From the NCBI RefSeq assembly GCF_030144855.1, contig NC_082731.1:26226001-26290000 (forward strand): a DNA stretch of 64,000 bases. Direction: 5' to 3'. Positions 11,071 through 23,141 of the stretch are shown here, in pieces. Numbering within the stretch: the first letter of the stretch is position 1; every line of letters starts with the position of its first letter. The DNA comes from Hypanus sabinus. Lineage: Eukaryota. A program made the position numbers and the translations under genes. The notes beneath the pieces are model-generated. The model did no database searches, was not told the DNA's origin, and saw only the letters and a program-made list of their open reading frames with translations.

Positions 11071-14000
11071 GAGTGGGGCTAGAAAGTCTGTGAACCTGAT
11101 AGAATTTTCTCTATTTCTGCACAAATATGATCCAATATGTGATAATATCTTCACGGAAGTCCTAAAACTAGATAAAGGAAACACGATTAAATAAATAACA
11201 CAAAATACGTAATATGTGTTGATTACTTTATCAAGAAAAATATTTTATATTGCATCTATTTGTTGTAAAACGTATGTGAACCGTTCCTTTCAGTAACTGC
11301 TGAGACCCCCTTGCACAGCAATAAATTTAACCAGACATTTCCGGTATATCTTGATCAGTCCTGAACATCAGCTTGGAGAAATTTTAGGCCATTCCTCCTT
11401 ACAAAACTGCTTCAACTATGGGTTTCCATGCGTTATGTTCTTCCACAACATTTCTATAGGATTAATGTCAAGTCTTTGATTCAGCCATTCCAAAGCATGG
11501 ATTTTCTTATTTTTAAACCATTTTGCTGTTGATTTACTCCTGTCTGTCGGGCCATTGTCTTGTTGTATCATTCAACCCTATTAGACTTCGGGTAAGATAC
11601 TGCTAGGCTGAGATTCTCCTATAAAATTTTCTGATACAGTTTTGAAGTCATTGTTCCCTCAATGCTGCAAGCTGTCCGACTGTTCAATCCTGAGGAAGCA
11701 AAGAAGCCCCAAACGATGATGCCACTTCTACCACGTTTCACAATTGGTGTGAGCCTTTGGTGGTGTTGCGCAGTGCCCTTTTTCCTCCAAACATAGGAAT
11801 ATGCATTTCTGCCAAAAAGTTTAACTTTTGACTCGGTTGTCCACGAAACGTTGTCCAAAAAGGTTTCAGAATATCCAGTTGGACTTTTGCTAAGTTGAGA
11901 CGTGCAGCAATGTTTTTGGAGAGCAGTGGTATCCTCCGGGGTGTCCTTCCGTTACCATCATTTCTTGTTCATGTTTTTTTTTCTTATAGTGCACACAGAA
12001 GCAGAGACTTCAGCAAGTTGTAGGTCTTTTGTTGTTACCTTTTAGATTATGTTTCCCCTCCTTCAGCATTGCACGTTGTGTTTTGGTGTGATCTTTAGGC
12101 AGAGTTGCAGCAGTACTGAGTTTTCTCTATTTGTAGACAATTTCTCTTACCATGGACAGATGAACAGTCAGGTCTTCTGAAATGTTTTTGAGGCGTTTTC
12201 CAGCTTCATTCAACTCTACGATCCTCATTCTAAGATCTTTTGAAAATTGTTTTAACCGAGGCATGGTGCAAATAAACAGACCTTTCTTGAGTAGAGCAGG
12301 GCCTGTCAGTAACATGACTTTGTGTTTCTTTGTATAGGGTAGGACACATCCACAACTCACACCTCCAAACTCATCTCATTGATTGTAACACCTGACTCCA
12401 AATAGATTTTGCAGAAGGCATTACCCCCAGAGGAACACACACTTTTTCCAAAAAACACGTGTAATGTTGGATCATTTTTCTTAATTAATAAAAGATCAAG
12501 TATAATGTCTCGTGTTACTTATTTAACTAAACATGGAACGTAGAAATTTACAGCACATTACAGGCCCTTCGGTCCACAATGTTGTGTCTACCATGTAATC
12601 TACTCTAGAAACTGCCAATCATTTCCCTGGCGCATTGACCTTTATTTTTCTAAGTTACATGTACCTATCTAAGAGGCTCTCAAAAGCTCTCTGAGATAGG
12701 TATCCGCTTCCAGCAATGCCGCCGGCAGTGCATTCCGCGCACGCACTACTCTCTGTCTGTTAAACTTACCCCTGACATCCACTCGATACCTATTTCCAAG
12801 CACCTGAAAACTATGTACCCCATGTGTTAACCATTTCACACGTGGGAAAAAGCTTCTGGACATCCACACGATTAATTCCACTCATCACCTTATACGCCTT
12901 TATCAGGTAACATTTCATCCTCCGTCGCTCCGTGGAAAAAAGGTCAAGTACACTCAACTTATTTTCATAAGGTCGGACCTCCAATCCCGACAACGTCCTT
13001 GTACATCTCCTCTGCACTGCCTCTCCAGGGTCCACATCCTTGCTGTAGTGAGGTCACCAGACCTGAACACACTACTCCAAGTGGTGTCTGAACAAGGTCT
13101 TATATATCTGTAACGTTACCTCACGATTTTTGAACTCGATCCCACGGTTGATTAATGCCACCACACCATACGCCTTCTCAACAGCACTGTCAACCTGCGA
13201 GGCATCTTTGAGTGTCCTATCGAAACGGACGCCAAGAGTCTTAACATTTATCTTATATTCTGTCATCAAATTGGAACCACCAAAATGAACAACCTCAAAC
13301 TTATCTGGGTTGAAGTCCATCTGAAATTTCTCATCTCAGTTCTGTATCTTAACGATGTCCCGCTATTACCTCTGACAACCATACAGACAATCCACAACAC
13401 GCCCAAACTTCGTGTTATCAGCAAACTTACTACACCACCCTTGTACTTCTTCATCCAGGTCATTTATAAATATAACAAAAAGGAAGGGTCTCAGAACAGA
13501 TCCCTGTGGAACAGCACAGATCACCGATCGCCATGCAGAATACGAACCGTCTACAACCACTCTTTACCTTCTGCTAGCAAACTAATTCTGGATCCACAAA
13601 ACAAGTCTCCTTGGATCCCATGCCTCCTTACTCTCTGAACGAGACTTGCGTGGGGAACCTTATCAACTGCCTTACTGAAAAGCATATACGCTACATCCAC
13701 AGCTTTACCTTCATCAATGTGTTTTGTTATATCCTCCAAAATTTCAATCAGACTCGTACGACACAACGTGCGCTTGATAAAGCCAAGCTGACTATTCCTA
13801 ATCAGACTATGTCTCTCAAAATGATCATAATTCCTGCCTCTCAGGATTCTCTCCAACAACTTCCGTCAGACGCACTGGTCTATAATTTCCTGGGTTATCG
13901 CTACTCCCTTTTTTGAACAGGGGAACAGCATGGACAACCCTCCAATCATCCAGTAATCAGTAATTCTCCCGTCCGTTTTGATGGCGCAAAGATCAACGCA

Positions 14001-14178
14001 AAAGGCTCATCAATGTCTTCCCTCGCTTCCCACAGTAACCTGGAGTATGCCTCATCCAGTCCCAGTGAAGTGGTTTATATGGTTTTATGACATCCGTGAA
14101 GATTGGTCACATTTTAGATCATATTTATTCAGAAATGGAGAAAATTCTACGAGGTTCACAAGCTTTCTAGCACCACTA
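11071..14178 (-). mobile_element. Decayed Tc1-like DNA transposon, interrupted by a CR1 inside one TIR
   Basis: Transposase pieces MPRLKQFSKDLRMRIV (about 12.27 kb) and VSWTTESKVKLFGRN...VWGFFASSG (11.6-11.86 kb). 11072-11140 and 14100-14177 are inverted repeats of each other. Confidence 0.8.
12528..14090 (-). mobile_element. Degenerate CR1 LINE nested in the Tc1 TIR
   Basis: Fragments VPQGSVLRP, KFADNTK and DEGKAVDVAY...FSKAVDKVPH; 3' tail aacatggaacgtagaaatttacagcac at about 12.53 kb. Confidence 0.85.
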
Positions 14179-14311
14179 TGTTTAGCGGCTAGCGGAACTG
14201 GAGGGGCTAATGAAATATTGAAAACGTTTATACTTCTACATGTAATTGGCGAATATGCTTTGGACATTTTTTGTCCAAATTTTTCTTTTCATGTGGTTGT
14301 TGGTGGGTTTT

Positions 14312-14427
14312 TTTTGCGGAGTCGAGTTGCGATGGAAAGCGTGCCCGGGAGCGGCCCGACTGGGTTAGAACTCAGGAACCTTCTCTCTGGAGTCCGGCGC
14401 TGATATCCCTGCGCCACCAGCCGGCTG
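14312..14427 (-). mobile_element. tRNA-derived SINE head
   Basis: The minus strand reads agccggctggtggcgcagggatatcagcgccggactcc...gagttctaacc, with A-box and B-box-like motifs. Confidence 0.65.
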
Positions 14428-14559
14428 GACAGCTATAACAACCTTCAGATAGATGAGACAACTTTTACAAGTAAAAACATTAAGTTTGAGAGATACGGTA
14501 TAAATGCTTCCTTTTTCCTGTGAATGGAAACAAGGTGTTAGCTTTGAGCAATACTTAGC

Positions 14560-17470
14560 TGAGTTTGACCCACCGAGGGCCTTTGAGTCTGGATACTTCA
14601 GAGACTCAAGATAGCGACAGAATAATTTGCGGAACTTCAGATGAGAAACTCAGAGAAAGTCTACTTCCGACGGCAGAAAAGGCTGTGAATGTGTGCAGGG
14701 AAGCAGAGACCACACAAGCACAAGCTAAGGAATTGCGCAGGGCAAACACAGCTGGCTATGCTGCGAAAACCCGGAACAGCTCAGGGCATTTCCTGAAGCA
14801 ACAACAAAGCAAAGAGATAGGCTCCAGCAGCAAATGAGGCACATGTGGGTGTATGCCCATTCCAATGACGTGTCCCGCTTATGCAAAATTTTTCCAATAA
14901 TTGTGGGGAAAAGAATCGTTTTGCAAAGTGCTGCAAAGGTGTCACTGGGAAGAGAAAGCTGCACACGTTTGCTGAAGAAATTAAGGAAGTCTTTGTGAAT
15001 TCTCTACAGACTGCTGGTATGGGTAAATCAGAATTGTTTCTGTGGCTGTAAATGAGACGGTAATTTAATTTAAGTTTGACACAAGTGCCCTGGTGAATCT
15101 GTTATCCATGGATAAATTCAAACTCTCAGAGTAACGAGCAAGATTTACCCAGTGAAGTCAAAATTTGCAGGCTATACTGGAGAGGGAGAACGTTCCAGTA
15201 AAAGGGAGCTGTATAGTGACCTTCAAACACAAAGGACAGCAAGTAAGGGCACAGTTACTGGCTGTAGATACGAGAGTTCAGCCAACGTTAGATAAGAGTG
15301 CATATGAAAAGCAATACCGGGTGAAAATAGTTTTTTTGTTAGCGTGCTACCGTGCTCCTAGAGCAGAAATGACTAGATCTCTCTTGAGGGAGAATACGCA
15401 GATGTCTTTGAAGGGCTTGGATGCTTATCTGGTGTACACAAACTCATGTAGGTGAGACAGTAGCTCCTGCTGTCCATACATGTAGGAAATGTCCATTTAG
15501 AGACAAACTTAAAGAAGAACTAGCACGCATGGCAGTGACAGATGACATACAGAAGATTGAAGAAGCAGCAGATTAGGTGAGGTCTCCATTCGTTGTATAA
15601 ATGTAAAACGAATCATTGCGGATGACCCAAGGGATTGTCTCTGGCTTTATTGAGAATCCCTTGGGTCATCCGCAATTTTAAATTGCCAAGACGGGAGGAG
15701 ATCGTGTCCGTCCCGGTATGCAGATGCCTTGTAGTTTAGTAAACTTGACTCGTCGGCTGGGTATTGGCAGATGAAACTGGATGAGGCATGTCCGAGACTG
15801 TGTACTTTTAATGCATCACGGGGAAGATACAGCGTCGATTTCTTCGGCTACTGTATGGGATCCTGTCCGAACCAGAAGTCTACCATAAAACCATCCACAT
15901 GAGGGTATACCTGATGTTGAGACCACCATGAATGATATCATCGACTGGGGGTCCAGCAAGGATGAACATGATGCACCAAACAGAAGGATGCTTGACGCGA
16001 CGCAAAATGTCAATTGGAAATTAAAAAGAGGGAAATATGAGTTTGGTATTCAGACATTGACTTTCATAGGAGATGCCATTTCGGAAGAGGGAGTGAAGCC
16101 TGATGCAAGAAAGATGTCAGCCATTGAAAACATGGAGGGGCCTCCAAACAAGGACGAGGTAAGAAGTTTGATGGGGGGTGGGGGTGATGACTTACCTGAC
16201 TAAGTTCATCCCTCGACTGTCTACTGTGTCAGTGCCACTTAGGCCATTCCTGCAGCAGCGAAATGAGTCGGTTTGTTCTCAGGAGCAAGAAGAACGTTTC
16301 CAGATGCTGAAAAGAGTCCCAACTGAAGAGCCCTGCTGACGTTTTATGATACAGAATATGTACTAGAATATCTGCAGATGCGTCCCGGTACAGCCTTGGA
16401 GCACTACTACTGCAGCAGCAAGATGGCACATGGCATATATATCAAGGGTTTTAACAAGCGCAAGCGCTTTTTAACGAATGCATGAAGATAATCCATACAC
16501 TGGGAATATATATATTTGTTGCTGATTAGATGTCTCGACCAGTTAACATGAAAGAAAAAAAGTGACCAAGAGATTAATGTAGATATAAAGGCCGATGGTG
16601 ATATGATTACCGCCTCCATTCCTATATCTCCCGAAAGAACAGAGATGACCAGGACAGCAGCAGTGACAGATGAAACAATCAAAGTACTCAAAGTGATAAT
16701 ACAGAAATGATGGCCAGCGCCCAATCAGATTATTGGGAAGGCAGAGCTGAACTCTCAGTAGTGGAAGGTATAGTCTTCAAAACAAGTTTGTGATTCCACT
16801 GTCGCTACGCAAATAAATCCTCCAAAAGATACATGAAGGGTATCTTGGTGAATTAAAATATAAATGAACAGCTCGTGAACTGATGTACTAGCCAAGAATG
16901 ACCCAAGGCATGAGCCATACCACTGCATGTGAAAAATGTCTTACTTACAGACCAAAGCAGCAAGATTACCAGCTTACATCACTTCATATACAAGACAGGC
17001 CGCACTTCAAATCTAGTGTAGATTTTTTAATGTAATAGGAAGAGTCGTATTGTTGTAATAGACGACTTCTCTAATTACCCAGCGGTCGCAACCATGTAAT
17101 CAATATCCATCAAAGCGGTCCTCACCCTCCTGAATGCTGAGTCTGCGAGGCATGGAGTTCCATGTGAAGTGGTATCAGCCAATGGTCCACAAGTTTCAAG
17201 CTTAGAATTTGAGTCCTTTGCCAGTGATTGTGGGATTTAAACATACATCTTCAAGCCCACATCACCCAGCATTTATTAGCCAGCAGGGAGTTAGGTCGAG
17301 GTATTGATGGGGCCTCATGAAACAAGCGCAAGGTTGACAAAAAGATTTCAACAGGAATCTGGTGAATAGAATGACCTTTCAACAGCCCAAATACTAATGG
17401 ACTGGTGTACTCTTACGATACTTTAGGTGTCAAGAGGATTTCGTGCACTGGAAAGTTCTAGGATATGTGC
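14560..17470 (+). mobile_element. Heavily decayed Ty3/Gypsy internal region (gag-pol)
   Basis: DRIICGTSDEKLRESLL...KAVNVCREAE (gag), CCHC remnant, RT piece TLTFIGDAISEEGVKPD, RNase H piece ISADASRYSLGA, integrase remnants. No LTRs recognised. Confidence 0.75.
15615..15676. repeat. Perfect 22-bp inverted repeat with 18-nt loop
   Basis: attgcggatgacccaagggatt (15615-15636) and aatcccttgggtcatccgcaat (15655-15676). Confidence 0.95.
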
Positions 17471-18099
17471 AGCAGGAAGTTGCACCACATTACCACGGAG
17501 CGAAGAACATCTCTACCAAAGAAGCGTGTGGATCTGCGATCACAAGTTCCAACCCATTGCTGTGACATATCACCTGACTGTACATCAAAGGGGCGAGCAA
17601 ATGTAAAAAATAAACTTACTAATCAAAGTTGTCAGGAAATCACAAACATTCACGCAAAAATTCTAGCAATGCACCTGTGGGACTGTAGAGCAGAATAAAA
17701 TGGGCATTAAAAAACCTCAAATGCTGAGTGAGTAAGGGACTGGCTGCAGAATGCAAATATCGTTCTTGGAACCGATTGTTGGCTTTTGCAGGTTTTTGTG
17801 GGCATAGTATTGTCTCTGTTTTTAAGGGGGAAGATGTGGTATTATGTGTGTAAATAAAATGAAATTCTGTTCCCATTGGGCAAAGAGGGCAGGTCAGAAC
17901 CGGAAATGACGTTGGTGAGTCGGTCGCACGTGCTAAGCGTTGATCCAAAGCCAAAAAGCCAAGTAAAAAAACCGTTCTGACGTTTGTCAACGCTGTTTCT
18001 CTTTACTAAGAGCAAACATAAAAATGCTCTTTTTCGCAGCCATTTCAAATCCATCTTTTTTGCCTAAACTTTATGCTGTATCAATAGTTTTGTACTTTC

Positions 18100-18440
18100 T
18101 ATAGTCATGTAATAGTGTTGTTCTTTTTCACAACATGCATGTCGCTCACTGCCTTCTATAATGTAGTTGATGTATCTTCTATAAAGCAGTTCTGCTAACA
18201 GCTCTTGGAGTTAGTAGTGTGGACCCTGAGGCTTCTGTACCTCCTGCTGGATAGTTTCTGTGAAAAGCTCACATGACCTGAATAATAGGTATCATTGACG
18301 ATCGGTGTTGCGTACTTGAGGCAACACCTCCTGCAGATTCTACTAATGGTGGGGAAGATTGAGCGTGTGATGGACTTGGCGGAGTCCACGACTCCGCACC
18401 TTTCCACCTCTCTACCCATTGTAATTGTTGTACAGAGGGA
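18100..18440 (-). mobile_element. Rex1/Babar-like LINE 3' fragment
   Basis: gaggcttctgtacctcctgc...gaggcaacacctcctgcag...gatggacttggcggagtccac, resembling the other copies in reverse. Confidence 0.5.
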
Positions 18441-19189
18441 CAAATTAATTCAACTATCCACCAGTTCCTACAAGAAATGAATAATATATGTATATCAAAC
18501 TATATAGAGAGTGCGAGGTCAAGAAGATGGTTTCGCTTTTCAATTATTTAACATGGGAAAGTCTCTTCTCTTAGTCAAGTGTAGTTTACAGTGGCATCAG
18601 ATAAATTCAGTTCAAAGAAACTGGAGAATGGCTGCATTATGAGCCTTCTCGCAAACGAGATAAAATGAATTACAGTCTCTGAATTCTCCTTCATCTCAGG
18701 TTGTGGCTGAGATCACATAGTTCGCACACTATTGATTGCAGAACCCACAAAGTTGTCAGGGTCTATCGCATTTGGTTGAGTTCTGAGTCTCAGATATCAG
18801 CCACAAGATAGAACCAAGCTTGTAATAAAACTGCCCGGTACAAGTAGGTAGTAGCCATCGCGAATGCTCTCAATATATGCATGTGGTGCAATTTTCCCAA
18901 ATGTTTCTAGCATCTCAGTGGTATAACAATATAATGATGTGTATGATGGTAACTACACTAACAAATAGACAATACAGGTTATACTCTGGTGGAAAGATTT
19001 CGAACAACAATACAAACTCTGTTTCTTCCTCTGCAGCTGCGGCATGTCCATTCCATAGTGGTTCTGAGGAAGAACAATGTAACAATGTAAATAGTCTGAT
19101 TGCGCAGAAGTTCCTTTTCTGTTCCCGCATAATTGTCTTTTTTATTATTATTTAACAAGTCACAAAGTTAACGAGGTGATCACGAGGAG

Positions 19190-21320
19190 GAAAAAGGGCT
19201 ACGGGACTGCTTCGAACATGTGGGACACGCCATGTTCAAGTACTCATCGGGGGACCTGAATTAATACGCCATGGTTGTCACGGACGTATGGAAGAACAAT
19301 GTTGGACGAGAGTATATGCACAAAGCGAAGTGACAGTTCTGAAATAAACTTGAATTACAGAAGGATGGTCAACTACTTTGCCAGGGCTTCAATGACGCCA
19401 CTTCATATAAAACAAAAGCAAGAAACACTAAGACCATGAGACCATCAGATATAGGGGCAGAATTAATCTATTTGGCCCATCGAGTCTGCTTTGCCATTTC
19501 ATTATTGCTGATCCAAATATCCTCTCAGTCCCAATCTTCTGACTTTTCCTCGTATCCCATCATTCCCTGATCAATCAAGATTCTGTCAGCCTCTGCCTTA
19601 AATATACGTAAAGACTTGAGCTCCACAGCTGCCTTTGTCAAGGAATTCCACAGATTCACCACCTCTGGCTAAAGAAATTCCTCCTCATCTCCGTTTTAAA
19701 AGGACGATCCTCTATTCTGAAACTATGTCAAGCAAGATTTCCTCTTGAGAAAACGATGCTGGCTACGGCCTATTTTATCATATGCTTCCAGAAACCTGAG
19801 AACTCATCCTTAATATTCGACATCTTCCCAATTAACCATCATCTTCCCAAATATCAAATATCTTCCCAATCACTGAGAGGTCATACTAACTGGCCAATAC
19901 TTTCCTTTCTTCTGACTTCCTCCTTTGCTGGGGTAACATTTTCAATTTTCTGGTCTTCTGGAAGCATTCTAGCGATTCTTCAATCATTACTAATGCATCT
20001 AAAATCGCTAAGCCCACCTCTTTCAAAGCTCTGGAGTGTTCACCATCTGCTCCAGGTGAACCTTTCAGTTTCCCAAAATAATTCTCTCTAGTTATGGTAA
20101 CTTCACAGACGTCATGCCCCCTGATACTTCGAACATCCGCCATACTGTTAGTGTCCTGCACAGTGAAGACTGATACAAAATGCTGATTCAGTTCATCCAC
20201 TGTTTTGTTGTCCTCCCATTACGACCCATCCAGCTTCGTCCTCCAGCTGTCCGATATCCACTGTTGCCTCTTTTTACACGTTATGTGTCTGAAGAAACGT
20301 TTGGTATCCTCAGACATTCTTGATACCCATGTAAATGGCAAAAGGTATTGCTTCCAGGTGAGCTCAATGCATTTGATTCCCGCTTTGACGGACAGAACGT
20401 GGAGGACACTTCTTGAACCACCATAGCCTCTGAAATCAGTCCAGCGTACCTGTTCGAGTACTGAAGACTTGTACTAATCTAGGAGAATTTTTTAAGAACA
20501 TCTTCAACCTCTTGCTTTGGCATCTTAAGGTAACTGCTGGCTTCAAGCATGCTTCATTCAGGCAGGTGTACAGGAAGAATACAGCAACCTACCTCAAAGG
20601 CTATCGTCCAATAGTATTTAAATCCACTGTGCTCTCTTATCGCTATTACCATTGGGCAGTAGGTACAGGAGTCTTGGTGTCTCGGTGAGCGCTGACAGAA
20701 AACTGGACCCAGGAACGGAGGAATGGCAGAGTCCCATCTAGAGACAGAATCTAGAGCTTATTCATAGGAATTCCAATAGAGTATCGGTAGCTTGACTGAG
20801 CAGCACCTCCAGGTCCCAGCGATAAGCGCTAATCGGAAGCCCGCTTCAATTACCACTGTCCACAGAAAACCAATGCCATTGAAATAAACTTGACAAGTTT
20901 AAGCACAAGAGCTTAACTACTCGAGATAAGACAATAATTAACAATTACAGGAATACGGGCCTGCAGGGATCGTGACATTAAGATACCGCATCAACAGGTT
21001 CAGGAACAGTTATTACCCTACAATCATCGAGCTCCTGAACAGGTGTCGACAACTTCACTCACCACAACTCTGAACTGATTCCACAACCTGCCCACTCTTT
21101 CAAGGATTTTAGAATTTGTGATGTCGATTTATTACTATTATCATTTTGCACAAACCCTCTTCTTTTGCGCGCTGGTTGCTTGTCAGCATTTGTCTGTGTA
21201 TTTTTTCTTAAGTTCTATTGTATTTATTTATTTCTCTGAAAAATCCTGCAAAAAAGCGAACTCACTGTAGTGTACGGTAACATATACGGACTTCGTTAAT
21301 AAATTTACTTTAACTTTGAC
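19190..21320 (+). mobile_element. Fragmented Rex1-like LINE interrupted by a CR1
   Basis: ORF2-like pieces at about 19.2 kb (gggactgcttcga...tacgccatggttgtcacggac), about 20.45-20.63 kb (catcttcaacctc...gctatcgtccaatag) and a 3' end at about 21.0-21.3 kb. Confidence 0.5.
19425..20340 (-). mobile_element. Degenerate CR1 LINE fragment
   Basis: DELNQHFVSVFTVQDT...SPGADG...ALKEVG on the minus strand; tail accatgagaccatcagatataggggcagaatt. Confidence 0.75.
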
Positions 21321-23077
21321 TGTCACTTTGAGCCGTAGCCTTCGGCTCACTGAATCTGCGTAGCCATAACCTATCCATTTACAATACGCTACTTTAATCT
21401 TTTTTTTTAATTCTCCTCGTTTTTTGTTTCATCAAGACACCCTGCTTCACATTCTATTATTTAATTAGACCCTGAAGTCAATATACTACGGTGAAATAAA
21501 CACTGACCTTCTTGGAAAATGGAAAAAAATCAGAGAGCACAGAGCAACCTACTTAATCACAAGGGTAACATACTAACGACACACCGACAGCACTGAAGGG
21601 TAGGATTGGAAACGGGTACCTGGTTCAGACAGACAGCAACTTCACCACCCACCTCAGGCTGAAGACATTTTCAAGGCTTCTAAAGTATTCAACTCTCTTG
21701 CTAAATTGAAAGTGAGTATACCACCATGAGATGCGCGCGGTAATGGGATGCCGTGGAAAGAGAACATAGTGAGACCCATAGACAGTGCAGATGACAAGTT
21801 GGGTGAAAGATCAAACACGCTAATGGTGCAAGGGGGAGTGTAGCTGTTGATCACGTGGCGAGAAATCAAGGTGCCACCTGGAGAAGGATTACTGATCAGT
21901 TAGTCAAGACGTCCTGTAGTAGCTGGGACTAGATAGAATTCAATTTGTACTCTGGTAGGGTCGCAAACAGGACTTTGGGACTAGAAACATTCGGTTAGCG
22001 AAGATAGGTACATTTAAAGCTGTTATTCTACAGTTGTTCCATACAAAATGTTATTGCACTGTCGAGCCATGAATAAAAATTTAAATCATCATCATATTAA
22101 ACACAACTCTATGGTCCTGTTTCCTCTTTATTTCCGACTCTCCCCGTTCCTCTCCATTTCTCTTACTTATTTATTTTTTCATCTACCTATATATTTATTG
22201 GTAAGTTTCCTTGTGTTATCTAGAGAATAATTATAAGAATAATTGCAGGTTGTTCTGACATGCAGAAATAAAATCAGAAATATTATTGACAAAAATTGCA
22301 AGTATGTTCCTGCATAAGTGCTGCCTCAGTATCGTTGATTATCTCCAGACACGGTCCTTTTTTTTTGTTTATTTCAGGTTTACAACATCGACTGATTTCT
22401 GCTTTTGGAGTACCATATCTAACTCAGCAGGCTGAAATTGGATGCAGGATAGATGTTGGCTGAGTCAACAGGGTGGAAACTGCTGCTCGCCAAAATCGTG
22501 TCATGAAACCTCATCGAAAGACAAAACAAATGTGTCTCTCGTTCAAGTCATCTGAGAGACGGTACCTCTGAAGATGCCATCATCACAGTCTACCGCCTCC
22601 TTGTGGTAGTGTAGTCTTCCTTCTGGACTGTATCAGTGCGCCCGCACATTCTTGGAGTCGGATTGGGGTATTCACAGTTCCCTGACGGAGAAAGAAGCGT
22701 GATTCACTGTGAAACGGACAACTGTGCGGCACTCAAGCTAAAACACGGCGCAAAAGACTTCAAAACTGCAGGGTCTAGTCTACAAATCAGCTGCCCATCC
22801 GATCAGTAATCCTGCGTTAGACCGGGACAATACTGAATATCTGCACTACCTTCGGAACTTTTTGTAATCATTGAGCGGACGGTTTAGATCTGTGGTTCAA
22901 GTGTCAGCCAGCTATTTTCAGGATCCCACCAGATCCCATGATCTGCCCCTCACCCCCTTCAAATACCTTTCTGTTTACATTTTTATAGTACAGAAGTTTG
23001 GACATCACGTGGAATTTTTAAATGGCCGTTGAGAGAGGGGGGAATACAGTGTTTTTCTCAGGGAGCTCACCACTGTA

Positions 23078-23141
23078 AATATAGCATCGGGTGGATGGAA
23101 GGTGAGCTTTGGCAGCGGAACAGTCCTGAAAGTCCAGACCA
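23078..23141 (+). CDS. TRAJ: TRAJ segment NIASGGWKVSFGSGTVLKVQT (5'-most J in window)
   Basis: RSS tgtttttct(23050)-12-cactgta; donor gtgagt. Heptamer ends gta, not gtg. Confidence 0.8.

Noticed and set aside
17640-17990. Minus ORF with a leader-like N-terminus (MTNVRTVFLLGFLAL)
   Set aside because: Starts at TTG rather than ATG, has no GT donor after the leader, and no V exon or RSS follows.
18877-19155. Hydrophobic ORFs as TCR constant or transmembrane exons
   Set aside because: No charged TM residues or Ig C motif; low-complexity AT-rich sequence.
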